Source: Bacillota bacterium
GTDB taxonomy: Bacteria; Bacillota; Bacilli; Paenibacillales; Paenibacillaceae
Length of the DNA stretch: 64,000 nucleotides
Assembly (NCBI GenBank): GCA_023391635.1
Contig: JAEWAQ010000058.1
Location: 89,429 to 153,428, forward strand
Direction: 5' to 3'
The notes under the pieces are model-generated. The model searched no databases, had not been told where the DNA came from, and was given only the letters and a program-made list of their open reading frames with translations. Shown here one piece after another: positions 28,444 to 37,979 of the stretch. Each line of letters opens with the position of its first letter. Within the stretch, counting starts at the first letter, position 1. Both the position numbers and the translations under genes were made by a program.

Positions 28444-29850
28444 TCAGAAGAACTGCTCCAGTTGCGCCTTGATTTCGGCTGTCTCGCCGCCAACAACGGT
28501 CCGGGATTGCGGCTTGTCGAACAGCGCGGCGATCTGCGGCGGGTACTCCTGCCGGATGCCGCGCAGCCGGATCGCTTCGTCGAACTTGGCCGGGTGGGCA
28601 GTTGACAGCGCTACGGTGGCCTCGTCCGCGTATGCGAGCCGGTCTGCCGCCGCCACGCCGCACGCCGTGTGCGGGTCGAGCAGGTAGCCGTGCTGTTCGT
28701 GATACTCGCTGATCGTGTCCAGGCATTCCTCATTGCGGACGCTGTAGGCGGCGAAGTCGGCCTGCACCTGCCGCAGCTTGTCGGCGGGTACGCTCAGCCG
28801 GCCTTCTGCCTTGAACTGCGCCATCACCGCGGCCGTCGCCCCTGCATCCTCTCCATAGAGATAGTAGAGGTACCGCTCGAAGTTGCTCGCCACCTGAATA
28901 TCCATCGACGGGCTATACGTGCCGCGGAATTCGCCCGGCTCATACACGCCTTCGTTCACGAACCGCTCCAGGATGTTGTTCTCATTGGTCGCCAGCACGA
29001 GCTTGCCGATCGGCAACCCCATGCGCTTCGCCAGATAGCCCGCGAAGATATCGCCGAAATTGCCCGTCGGCACGCTGAAGTTGACCGCTTGGCCTGCTGC
29101 CGCCGTCGGGACGATCCCTTGCTCCGCAAGCCGGAAGTAGGCGTAGAAGTAGTACACCGTCTGCGCGAGAATGCGCGCGATGTTAATCGAATTGATCGCC
29201 CGCAGATGATAACGCCGCTTGAACTCGACGTCCGCGAACAGCTCCTTGATCATGCGCTGGCAGTCGTCGAAGGTGCCTTCCACCGCAAGGTTCAGCACGT
29301 TGTCGTCGCCGACCGTCGTCATTTGCAGCTCCTGCACTTTGCTGACTTTGCCGTTCGGGTGCAGGATGCAGATGCGGATGCCTTCCTTGCCGCGCACGCC
29401 CTCGATTGCCGAAGCTCCTGTGTCTCCGCTCGTCGCCCCGAGAATGTGGATGATTGAATCCTTTTTCCGCGAAATGTAAGCATAGAGATTGCCCAGGAAC
29501 TGCAGAGCCACGTCCTTGAAGGCGAACGTCGGGCCGTGGAACAGCTCCAGCACATGCAGCCCGTCACGCAGCGGGCGCACCGGCGTGACGCCGGGATCGC
29601 GGAACGTTCCGTAGCTGTCGTCCACGAGCCGCTTCAGATCGGCACGCGGAATCTCGTCGCCCACATAGAGCGAGAACACCTCGAGCGCGAGGTCCTGGTA
29701 AGACAACTTCTGCCACTGGCGGAGCGTGTCCGCGGCCACCTGCGGAATGCGCTGCGGTACGAGCAAGCCGCCGTCGTCGGCCAGCCCCATGAGCACCGCG
29801 TCGATGAACCCGATGGGGGCCACTTGCCCCCGCGTGCTGATATATGCCAT
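28444..29850 (-). CDS. thrC: threonine synthase, long type
   Basis: N-terminus MAYISTRG...GGLLVP, PLP lysine context (GPTFAFKD) and SGDTG motif, about 468 aa. ATG 29850 follows an AGGTGA SD; TTG 29856 is an alternative start. Confidence 0.85.
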   Translation of the reverse strand: MAYISTRGQVAPIGFIDAVLMGLADDGGLLVPQRIPQVAADTLRQWQKLSYQDLALEVFSLYVGDEIPRADLKRLVDDSYGTFRDPGVTPVRPLRDGLHVLELFHGPTFAFKDVALQFLGNLYAYISRKKDSIIHILGATSGDTGASAIEGVRGKEGIRICILHPNGKVSKVQELQMTTVGDDNVLNLAVEGTFDDCQRMIKELFADVEFKRRYHLRAINSINIARILAQTVYYFYAYFRLAEQGIVPTAAAGQAVNFSVPTGNFGDIFAGYLAKRMGLPIGKLVLATNENNILERFVNEGVYEPGEFRGTYSPSMDIQVASNFERYLYYLYGEDAGATAAVMAQFKAEGRLSVPADKLRQVQADFAAYSVRNEECLDTISEYHEQHGYLLDPHTACGVAAADRLAYADEATVALSTAHPAKFDEAIRLRGIRQEYPPQIAALFDKPQSRTVVGGETAEIKAQLEQFF

Positions 29851-30058
29851 GTCCAATCACCTGACTCCTTTAAATAGGGAGTTTGCAGGGCAAACTCTCA
29901 CCTCTCGTGCATTATTACGCTATTGTAACAAATCGAGCGGCATTTTGCGATTGGCTGTCGCAGCCTCTCGATGTTTACATCGTTCAATCATTATGTTATG
30001 TTTTGCTTTATAAAACCAATGTTTCCACTAATAAAACAAAGTGAAAGGGGCGCCTCAA

Positions 30059-30454
30059 ATGTCTCAGCTCATCCATACCGAACGCGCGCCGTCGTTCCCG
30101 TTGCCATTCTCCCAAGCTTTGCGCGCGGGCGATTTCGTGTACGTGTCCGGCCAAGTCGGCGTCGACCCGCAAACCCGCCAAGTGGTGGGAGGCAAGATCG
30201 AGGAGCAGACCGAGCGGTGTCTGCGGAATATCGAAGCGATATTGAACGAAGCCGGATTGACGCTCGATCATGTGATCAAGGTGAATGCGTATTTGTCGCA
30301 CTCGGAGGATTTCCCGGGTTATAACCGGACGTATGAGCAAATCATGAAGCGCCCGTTTCCGACACGCACTTCCGTGCAGAGCGGCATCGGCGATTACTTG
30401 ATCGAGATCGACGTCGTCGCTTACGCGCTTGCGAAACGCGGTGAGCAGGCATGA
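30059..30454 (+). CDS. RidA/YjgF-family reactive-intermediate deaminase
   Basis: APSFPLPFSQALRAGDFVYVSGQVG and the C-terminal IEIDVVA motif. About 131 aa. Confidence 0.85.
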   Translation: MSQLIHTERAPSFPLPFSQALRAGDFVYVSGQVGVDPQTRQVVGGKIEEQTERCLRNIEAILNEAGLTLDHVIKVNAYLSHSEDFPGYNRTYEQIMKRPFPTRTSVQSGIGDYLIEIDVVAYALAKRGEQA

Positions 30455-31926
30455 CACTCCGGATCGCCGTTGCGGGGATTTATCATGAAACGAATACGTT
30501 CGCGCCCGGGCGTACGGTTCTCGCGCAGTTTGCGGACGAAAGGACCGAAGGCCTCGAGGCGTTCCGGCAGCGTTACGGCGGGACCCGCACTTCGATGGGC
30601 GGGGTGATCGATGCCGCGCTTCGTCAAGGGGCCGAACTGGTGCCCGGCTTGTATGCGGCCGCGACGCCGAGCGGCATGGTTGAGGCAGCGGCGGCCGATG
30701 CCTTAATTGATGATGTTGTGCGTTCGGTCGACCCTGGCGCATCCGGTCTTGTGCTGATTATGCACGGAGCGATGGTAGCCGAACAATACGAAGATTTCGA
30801 AGGGGAATGCTTAACCAGGCTGCGGGCGCGGTTCGGCCGCGAATTTCCGATCGCGATGACAATCGACCTGCATGCCAACATCAGCCGGGAAATGGCGCGG
30901 CTGGCGGACATCATAGTCGGCTATGATACATACCCCCATGTAGATATGTATGAAAGGGTGATTGAGGCTTTCGATCTGCTCGTCCGGCGTATTCGCGGTG
31001 AAGTCTCGCCTTCGCGTTCCTATGCGCACACCGGCATGCTGGTCGTCCCGCAGGCGATGATGACGGCCGAAGGCAGCATGAAGGCGTTGATGGACCGGGC
31101 GTTCGAGATCGAATCGGGCGATGCCCGCGTTCTGAATGTAACGGTGGCTGGAGGGTTTCCCTACAGCGATGTTGAGGATGCCGGTATGTCGTTCGTCGTC
31201 ACGACGGATGACGCCCCGGAGTTGGCCGACCGCTATGCGGCGGAATTGGCGGAGACGGCGGTACGCCTGAGAGAGACCTTCGGGGTCGTGCACTTGCCGC
31301 CAGAAGAAGCAGTCGCGGCGGCGCTGGCGGAGCCCTTCGGGCCTGTCATTCTCGCGGAAGGATCGGACAATGTCGGAGGAGGAGCGCCGGCCGACGCCAC
31401 GCATTTGCTTGCGCGTTTGACGAATGTCGCTCGGCCTGCCCTCATCGTTATCCGGGACGAGGAAGCCGTTGCGCTAGCGTTTCGACTGGGAGTCGGCGCC
31501 GAGTTCGAAGGAGAGATCGGTGGCAAGAGCGACGAGCTCCACGGCAGCCCGGTATCCGTGAAGGGAAAGATCCGCTTGCTGTTCGACGGCCGTTATCGCC
31601 ATGTCGGCCCCTACATGACCGGCCAACAGGCGGATATGGGAAAGACGGCGGTTCTCTCGTGCGGGATGCTGACGATCGTGTTGACCGAGAAGCGGACGGC
31701 ACCTTGGGATTTGGGGCATGTTCGCAGCGTCGGCCTTTGGCCGGATGATTTCAAGATCATCGTCGCCAAGTCGGCCATCGCCTGGCAGACTGCCTTCGGT
31801 TCGTTCGCCAAACGCGTCATTCACGTCGACTCACCAGGCTGCTGCAGCGCGAATCTCCGGCATTTCGAATATCGCCGCGTCCGCAGGCCGATCTATCCGC
31901 TGGACGAACGGGAGCGCGGCAGCTGA
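30451..31926 (+). CDS. M81-family metallopeptidase (MlrC-like)
   Basis: ATGA overlap with the RidA stop. The N-terminal IAVAGIYHETNTFAP is typical of the MlrC/DUF1485 family. 491 aa. Confidence 0.75.
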   Translation: MTLRIAVAGIYHETNTFAPGRTVLAQFADERTEGLEAFRQRYGGTRTSMGGVIDAALRQGAELVPGLYAAATPSGMVEAAAADALIDDVVRSVDPGASGLVLIMHGAMVAEQYEDFEGECLTRLRARFGREFPIAMTIDLHANISREMARLADIIVGYDTYPHVDMYERVIEAFDLLVRRIRGEVSPSRSYAHTGMLVVPQAMMTAEGSMKALMDRAFEIESGDARVLNVTVAGGFPYSDVEDAGMSFVVTTDDAPELADRYAAELAETAVRLRETFGVVHLPPEEAVAAALAEPFGPVILAEGSDNVGGGAPADATHLLARLTNVARPALIVIRDEEAVALAFRLGVGAEFEGEIGGKSDELHGSPVSVKGKIRLLFDGRYRHVGPYMTGQQADMGKTAVLSCGMLTIVLTEKRTAPWDLGHVRSVGLWPDDFKIIVAKSAIAWQTAFGSFAKRVIHVDSPGCCSANLRHFEYRRVRRPIYPLDERERGS

Positions 31927-32014
31927 AACGGAATATCGGAAGCGGAAACGGGAATGCGGGAAAACCGGATTCGGGTTGACAGAGCTCGTAGGGTAGAGTA
32001 CGTTATAGTCATAT

Positions 32015-32025
32015 TGGTAATACCA
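32015..32025 (+). promoter_or_regulatory. FadR/GntR-type palindromic operator, copy 1 (TGGTAATACCA)
   Basis: Perfect inverted repeat followed by TACTATTATTAA. It lies 33 nt downstream of TTGACA (31976-31981) and 206 nt upstream of the YesS-like gene. Confidence 0.6.
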
Positions 32026-32220
32026 TACTATTATTAACGTCGTTAGCCGGCGGCATACGGCCAATGGATGCCATCCGCATTTCGTGGAGGTCCAATTACC
32101 CGCATGCTATAATGGGAGCAATTCAGCAGCGCCGACTCCCCAAGCATCCCTATCCGACAGCCGCTTGTCGGGCATGGTTTTGGAGAATAGTTTGGAACCG
32201 CTCTCACGGAGGGTGAACGC

Positions 32221-34446
32221 ATGAATCGTCAGACACGGGATTCGCACGGTTTGAGAAACCTATCCTATAAACGCCGCCTGACGCTCATCGTCTTGTTGCT
32301 CAGCGTCATTCCCGTGTTGGTGCTCGGCATGTTCTCCTCGACGAATGCGGCATCGATCGTGCAACAGGAAGTCGACCGCAACCATCTGATGGTCCTGCGC
32401 CAAATTCAGAATCAATTCGATCAGTTTATGAAAAGCATGGACCGCACATCCTTTCAAATTGCCAGCAACAGCATTGTCGAGAAGTCGGTCGAAATCGGCC
32501 CGATCAGCAAAGATTTGGGCTATACGTTCGGCGCGATCGACGTGATCAGAAAAACCCGCAGCACGCAGGAAATCCATTTCGACGTATCGTTGGTATACAT
32601 GCATGAAGAGCAAGTGTACTCAACACGCTACGGTTTTGTCGATTTGACCGATTTTCCTTATCGCGACCTGCTGAATTCGGTCGGCTTCCGGTTCGATTCG
32701 ACGGTCGTCGTACCGCCGGAAGCCGGTCAACGCATGCATGAACTGCTCATCGTACGCCCTGTCCCCGCCTTTTATTCGGACCGCCCGGATGGTATTCTCG
32801 TCTTCCATATAGATCCCTCTCAGCTGATTGGGATACTGGAGCAGGTCGAATTGGGCCATAACGGAAAAATTCTGATTGCGGATGAACAGGGCACGGTCGT
32901 ATTCAGCCAGAATGCGGCGGAGATCGGATCGCGGATCTCGGCAACGTCGGAACCGTTCATGATTCGGAAGCCGACGGCCGAAGCCGGTTCGGGGGGAGCC
33001 TCTGCGGAAGAAGCCGGCAAAGTATCCATGAATGGCGACGATTATCTCGTCGCTTCGGTCCGTTCATCCTTTAACGACTGGTCGTATATCGCGATTACGC
33101 CTTACAAGGAGTTGACCAAGAAGGCGGGGGGAGTGCGCCGATTCACGCTCGGCCTGGCGGGCTCGCTCGTGGGCTTGGCCGTGTTGTTGGCGCTCTTCGG
33201 TTCGAATCGGCTGTATTCCCCCATCCAGCGGATGCAGCAGAAATTGCAGGGGGAATTCCGCGAACAGCTGCCGTATCTTCGGGATTCGATTTTCCTTCAA
33301 CTGGTGAGAGGCGAGATGTCCGAGAACGAAATTCGCGACAAGACGGAACGTTACGGCTTGCTGTTGAAAGGTTCGCGTTTCTATGTATGCCTTGTGGAAA
33401 TGGACGATTTCGCCCGATTCAAGCAAAAGTACAAGGAAAACGACCGTTCCCTGATGATCTATGCCCAGCGCAAAATGTTGGAGGAATTGTGCGAGAGCGA
33501 GCTTTCCTGCGTGACGGTATCCCCGCTGCCGAACCAGGTTGCCGTGCTGATCGGCACGAAAGACGCCAGCGAGCGGGCGGATGAGACCGTGCGCCGGAAG
33601 GCGATGGAATTCCGGAGCAATATTCAGAACTACTTCCGCCTGTCGGTTACCGTGGCGCTCAGTCAGGCATGTCGGGACTACACCGGAATCAGCGAGGCGT
33701 ATCAGGAGGCGTCCGATCTGATCGGTTACCGGATGCTGCTCGGCAGCGAGCAATTGATCGGGCACGAATCCGTCAGAATGCCGCTCGGGACTTCGGGGCA
33801 TTCGCTGATCGAACTGAAGAAGCAAATTTTGGCGGCGATGGCGAAGGGGGACGATGCCGAAGCGAAGGCCATTTTGTCGGCGCTGATCGAAGCGATGCCG
33901 CAACAGATGCATAATGCCGAATCCGTGCTGGGCACGTTCGCTTATCTGATCGGGGAATTCGACCGGCTCGTGCGCGAATGGAGCGATGGCAGCGGGGAAT
34001 TGGATACGAAGGAGCTGTACAAGCAATTGCTGGCCATGTCATCGCTGGCCGAGACGGAGCGTTGGTTCGCGGAGACGGTATTTCCGCTCGTCATGAATGC
34101 GCTGCAAGACGCGAACCTGCCGAAACGAACGAAGCTGGTCCAGCAGGTGCTGCAATATATTCACTTGCATTACGACACGGACCTGAGCTTGCAGCTAGTG
34201 GCCGATACGTTCGGGATGACGCCCCCGCAGTTAAGCCGGTTGTTCCGCGAAGAGCGCAACGAGTCGTTCAGCGACTATGTCCTGCGCTGCCGGATCGAGA
34301 AAGCGAAGGAATGGCTTACCCATACCGAAATGCCGATTCGGGAAATCGCGGAACGTTTGCGCTACGCCTCCGTCCAAAATTTCACCCGGATCTTCAAACA
34401 GATGACGAACGAGCCTCCCGGTCATTACCGGAAGAAATCCCGATAA
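32221..34446 (+). CDS. YesS-like membrane-associated AraC-family regulator
   Basis: N-terminal TM (LTLIVLLLSVIPVLVLGMF), an extracytoplasmic sensor-like region and a second TM. C-terminal AraC HTH (IREIAERLRYASVQNFTRIFKQMTNEPPGHYRK). 741 aa. Confidence 0.8.
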   Translation: MNRQTRDSHGLRNLSYKRRLTLIVLLLSVIPVLVLGMFSSTNAASIVQQEVDRNHLMVLRQIQNQFDQFMKSMDRTSFQIASNSIVEKSVEIGPISKDLGYTFGAIDVIRKTRSTQEIHFDVSLVYMHEEQVYSTRYGFVDLTDFPYRDLLNSVGFRFDSTVVVPPEAGQRMHELLIVRPVPAFYSDRPDGILVFHIDPSQLIGILEQVELGHNGKILIADEQGTVVFSQNAAEIGSRISATSEPFMIRKPTAEAGSGGASAEEAGKVSMNGDDYLVASVRSSFNDWSYIAITPYKELTKKAGGVRRFTLGLAGSLVGLAVLLALFGSNRLYSPIQRMQQKLQGEFREQLPYLRDSIFLQLVRGEMSENEIRDKTERYGLLLKGSRFYVCLVEMDDFARFKQKYKENDRSLMIYAQRKMLEELCESELSCVTVSPLPNQVAVLIGTKDASERADETVRRKAMEFRSNIQNYFRLSVTVALSQACRDYTGISEAYQEASDLIGYRMLLGSEQLIGHESVRMPLGTSGHSLIELKKQILAAMAKGDDAEAKAILSALIEAMPQQMHNAESVLGTFAYLIGEFDRLVREWSDGSGELDTKELYKQLLAMSSLAETERWFAETVFPLVMNALQDANLPKRTKLVQQVLQYIHLHYDTDLSLQLVADTFGMTPPQLSRLFREERNESFSDYVLRCRIEKAKEWLTHTEMPIREIAERLRYASVQNFTRIFKQMTNEPPGHYRKKSR

Positions 34447-34489
34447 GATGCATGCCCGCTGCTTGCATTCCCCTTCGAACCATCACTTG

Positions 34490-34530
34490 AAACCCGCGTC
34501 GCTACGGCGATATCGCGGGTTTTTTCTTTT
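34490..34530 (+). terminator. rho-independent terminator after the YesS-like gene
   Basis: AAACCCGCG-(15 nt)-CGCGGGTTT followed by TTTTCTTTT. Confidence 0.8.
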
Positions 34531-34654
34531 GCGCAACGTTATTGTTCTTTATAAACGGGCGGCCTGCTCAAATGAAAATTGCGCTGTATTTCAACAAGTC
34601 TTATGCTGATGCCGTGAATCCGAAATGCGAGCCGAGATGGGAACAGGAGCCATG

Positions 34655-36019
34655 ATGGAAGAGGTGAAGCGCGCATGGTTAACCGTCGATTGCGCAGCGA
34701 GTGACATGCGTATCGTGCAGCATCATTACCGGACGCGTCGGGAACCGCTGATGACGCCGTTCGGTTTCAAAGGCAGATTTGTGCGGGAGTTATGGCAACC
34801 GCACGTACATCTTCAGGACGAGTCGGGCCGTTCGGCTGTCGGCATGGGCGTTCAAAGCCCGCTTTGGTGCGACGCGGCCATGTTCGCGCGGTTGGGCGAG
34901 ACCGAAAGCAACGACTGGATGGAACGGCTGACGCGATATGCGTTAACCGCGGCTGCGGAACTGGAATTCAAGCACCCGCTCGATCTGATGGACCAACTCG
35001 TTCCGATCGTTTACCGGCATGCGGCCGACCGGCTCGGCCATGATCGAATCAGCCGCACGTTCGTGCTAAACGCCGTGACCTGCATCGACCATGCGGCTTG
35101 GTCCCTCTATGCGCAATCCTGCGGAGAAGTTTCCTTGTTCCGTCTGGTGCCCGATCCCTGGAAAGGCGGATTGCCGCATCGGCATTCCGCGACGGCCAGC
35201 ATTCCGGTCATTCCGTACGGCATGACCGGCGGCGAGATCGCCAAGCTGCTGGAAGCCGGGTACTTCGTGCTCAAGATCAAGCTCGGCTCGGACCCCGAAG
35301 GCGACGGCGATCCCGTGAAGATGCTGGAATGGGATCAGGCCCGGCTTGCCCAGATTCACGAGCTGGCCAACCGATACGAGGCGCAGGGCCATGCGGACAA
35401 CTCCATTGTTTATTACTTGGACGCGAATGGAAGATACGACAGGAAAGAACGGTTGCTGCGGCTGCTCGAACACGCTCAATCGATCGGAGCATGGGACCGG
35501 CTTGTCTTATTCGAGGAACCGCTGCCCGAAACCAATCAGGAAGATTTGCGCGACATTCCCGTTCGGTTCGCGGCGGATGAACGCGTGCATAGCGAACAGG
35601 ATGCGCTGATCTGCCTGCAGCAGGGCTATCGGGCATTCGCCCTGAAGCCGGTCGCCAAGACGATGAGCTTCAGTCTGCAAATCGCCAGATTGGCTGCCGA
35701 GCATCAGGCCCCTTGTTTCTGCGCCGACCTGACCGCCAGCCCCGTGCTCGTCGATTGGACCAAGCTTCTCTCCGGCCATTTGGCGCCGCTGCCCGGGTTC
35801 CGCGGGGGGTTGACGGAAACGAACGGCGCCCAAAACTACAAGCGGTGGGCAGAAATGCGTTCCGAACACCCGATGAGGGGCGCTTCGTGGACCCAAGCCC
35901 GGCAAGGCTCGTTCGAACTGTCGGAGCGGTTCTATGCTTGCAGCGGAGGCGCGCTTCTGCATGGCGACGGAAGCTCGGTTACGGATAAGTCGACTTACGG
36001 GAAGGAGGGGCAGCCATGA
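34655..36019 (+). CDS. enolase-superfamily enzyme (MLE/MR-like epimerase, racemase or dehydratase)
   Basis: Barrel ligand pattern LKIKLG (KxK), YLDANGRY (Asp), LFEEPLP (Glu), FAADERV (Asp) and ALKPVAK (Lys). The start is ambiguous among 34625, 34637, 34652 and 34655; AGGAG at 34645 favours 34655. Confidence 0.65.
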   Translation: MEEVKRAWLTVDCAASDMRIVQHHYRTRREPLMTPFGFKGRFVRELWQPHVHLQDESGRSAVGMGVQSPLWCDAAMFARLGETESNDWMERLTRYALTAAAELEFKHPLDLMDQLVPIVYRHAADRLGHDRISRTFVLNAVTCIDHAAWSLYAQSCGEVSLFRLVPDPWKGGLPHRHSATASIPVIPYGMTGGEIAKLLEAGYFVLKIKLGSDPEGDGDPVKMLEWDQARLAQIHELANRYEAQGHADNSIVYYLDANGRYDRKERLLRLLEHAQSIGAWDRLVLFEEPLPETNQEDLRDIPVRFAADERVHSEQDALICLQQGYRAFALKPVAKTMSFSLQIARLAAEHQAPCFCADLTASPVLVDWTKLLSGHLAPLPGFRGGLTETNGAQNYKRWAEMRSEHPMRGASWTQARQGSFELSERFYACSGGALLHGDGSSVTDKSTYGKEGQP

Positions 36020-36945
36020 CCCGGTTGAAGTTCGGGATTGTGGACCTGGATACTTCCCATCCCGGGGAATTCGTTCCGATCATCCGATCGATGGGACATG
36101 AGGTGACCGCCGTGTACGACAGCGGCACGATATACCCGGCAGGCTATGCGGAAGCATTTGCCGGACAGCACGGGATCCGCATTGTGGCGGAAAGTCTGGA
36201 GAATATGGCCGAACATGTCGACGTGGCCCTGATCTGCGGGTGCAACTGGGACTTGCATGTAGGGCAGGCGCTGCCGTTCCTGTCCGCCGACAAAGGGATA
36301 TTGATCGATAAGCCGATGGCGGGGAACATCCGGGACTTGCTCCGAATCGCGGATTTCGCGAAAGACGGCGCCCGAATCGCGGGCGGTTCCTCCTTGCGGG
36401 TCTGCTACGAGGCGCGGGAATGGTCGGAGCTGCACGGATCGTCCGCGAGCTGGGTGTACGGGATAACCGGCTGCGGAGTGGACGAGTTCAATTACGGGAT
36501 CCATGGCTATGCGCTGCTTCACGGCCTGCTGGGCAGCGGGTTTGCAAGCGCCCGGTATTTGGGCACTTCCTTGCAGGATCAATTCGAATTGGAATGGGCC
36601 GACGGAAGACGGGGCATCGTCAGCATCGGCAAGGCCGATTCCTATCTGCCTTTCCATGCATCCGTGGTGACCGGCCGGGGCGTGCACCAGATTCAAGTGG
36701 ACAGCGGCAAGCTCTATCAAGCCTTGATCGAGCACGCGCTGCCGATCCTAAGCGGCGAATCGCCGGCGTCCATCCCGCCGGAGGCGTTGATCGCGCCCGA
36801 ACTGTCGGCTCTTGCGGCCAAGCGGTCCAAAGAGCTCGGGGGCGTACGCGTCCATGTCCGGGATATTCCGCTGGACGATCGCGGATTCGACGGCGCGGCA
36901 TTCGCCGCCGCCTATCGCAAACAAAAATCGAACAAAGAGGGTTGA
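36016..36945 (+). CDS. atypical Gfo/Idh/MocA-like protein (glycine-rich loop replaced by GIVDLDTSH)
   Basis: ATGA overlap with the enolase-family stop. N-terminus KFGIVDLDTSHPGEF and an ILIDKPMA (EKP-like) motif. 309 aa. Confidence 0.55.
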   Translation: MTRLKFGIVDLDTSHPGEFVPIIRSMGHEVTAVYDSGTIYPAGYAEAFAGQHGIRIVAESLENMAEHVDVALICGCNWDLHVGQALPFLSADKGILIDKPMAGNIRDLLRIADFAKDGARIAGGSSLRVCYEAREWSELHGSSASWVYGITGCGVDEFNYGIHGYALLHGLLGSGFASARYLGTSLQDQFELEWADGRRGIVSIGKADSYLPFHASVVTGRGVHQIQVDSGKLYQALIEHALPILSGESPASIPPEALIAPELSALAAKRSKELGGVRVHVRDIPLDDRGFDGAAFAAAYRKQKSNKEG

Positions 36946-36950
36946 GTGCA

Positions 36951-37931
36951 GTGCGTGAATTCAAAGTCGGCATAATCGGCTGCGGAATGCTCGGCAGGAC
37001 GCATGCGGCGTGCATCAAGGAACTGGAGCATATGAAACCGTACGCTTACTGCGACATCCATCTTCCGAGCGCCCAAAAACTGCTGGAGCAGTTCGGGGGC
37101 AGAATAGCGACGTCCGAAGTGGAGGAACTGCTCGCCGATCCGGACATCGACGTGCTCTATATTACGACCCAACACGATACCCATGCGGAATTGTGCATCC
37201 GGGCGCTCGGGGCCGGCAAGCATGTGTTGGTGGAAAAGCCGATGGCAATGACGGTCGAGGACTGCGTGCGGATCGGCGAAGCGGTCAAGGCGACCGGGAA
37301 GAAATTGTTCACGGCGTATAAAATGCGCTATTACGATATGCTTCTGAAAGCCAAATCGTTGATTCCCGAACCGGTGATGGTGGTTATGCAAATGATGGAC
37401 GATCGATGGGGGACGGGCACGTGGCCCAACGATCCGGTGAAGGGCGGAGGGAACGTCCTGAGCCAAGGCTGCCATTCCACGGACGTGCTGCGGTTTATCG
37501 CGGGAGGCAATCCGACGGAAGTGTATGCGGCGGGAGGAAATTATTATCAGGAGAGCGGAGTCGTCGATAATTTGACAGCCGTGTTCCGCTTCGACAACGG
37601 CGTCGCCGGTACTTTAATTCAAGGAGATTGCAGCTGTCCGCCGTTTACGAGCAAATTTTTCATGCAGATTTTCGCCGAACGCAAATCGATTACGCTATCC
37701 GACCGGTTGACCCGGCTGACCTATGCGGAAGAAGGCCGCGAGCCGGTCGTTTACGAAGGGACGGAATCCGGATTCCTGGAAGAGAACCGGGCGTTCGAAG
37801 CTTGCCTGGTCCAGGATGCTCCGCCGCCGATCGACCATATTGACGGCTTGTATTCGACCTTGATGGTGCTGCAAGCGTTTCAATCTCTCAAAACCGGCAA
37901 ACCGGAAAAAATATCTTCGATCGTGGAATAG
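36951..37931 (+). CDS. Gfo/Idh/MocA-family NAD(P)-dependent oxidoreductase
   Basis: GTG 36951 follows AGAGGG. KVGIIGCGMLGRTH Rossmann loop and the VLVEKPMA motif. The ORF-track 5' extension (36420-36950) overlaps the previous gene in another frame. Confidence 0.8.
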   Translation: MREFKVGIIGCGMLGRTHAACIKELEHMKPYAYCDIHLPSAQKLLEQFGGRIATSEVEELLADPDIDVLYITTQHDTHAELCIRALGAGKHVLVEKPMAMTVEDCVRIGEAVKATGKKLFTAYKMRYYDMLLKAKSLIPEPVMVVMQMMDDRWGTGTWPNDPVKGGGNVLSQGCHSTDVLRFIAGGNPTEVYAAGGNYYQESGVVDNLTAVFRFDNGVAGTLIQGDCSCPPFTSKFFMQIFAERKSITLSDRLTRLTYAEEGREPVVYEGTESGFLEENRAFEACLVQDAPPPIDHIDGLYSTLMVLQAFQSLKTGKPEKISSIVE

Positions 37932-37979
37932 GGGCCATGATGGCGCGTCGTCTCAGGACAGATCGATCTATGAAGGGGA

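Noticed and set aside
29857-30058. Searched the thrC leader / RidA promoter gap for a T-box, riboswitch or attenuator.
   Set aside because: The gap is too short, and I could find no specifier/antiterminator-like pairing or conserved riboswitch core. Only the partial promoter similarity (TTTTGCTTTATAA) to 25360-25372 was noted.
32064-32216. 50-codon ORF (MDAIRISWRSNYPHAIMG...) in the long leader upstream of the YesS-like gene.
   Set aside because: It has no ribosome-binding site and its composition resembles non-coding sequence. It overlaps a likely second promoter (TGCTATAAT near 32105-32113). Probably not translated.
36420-36950. ORF-track 5' extensions that overlap upstream genes: this one, and those at 3550-3642, 5028-5306, 8612-8665, 8683-9546, 25197-25418, 27396-27548, 40667-40783, 42620-42670, 53615-53794 and 57907-58188.
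   Set aside because: In each case an internal start with a good Shine-Dalgarno site coincides with the beginning of the recognisable protein family. The extension is Arg/Gly-rich filler in the frame overlapping the previous gene.
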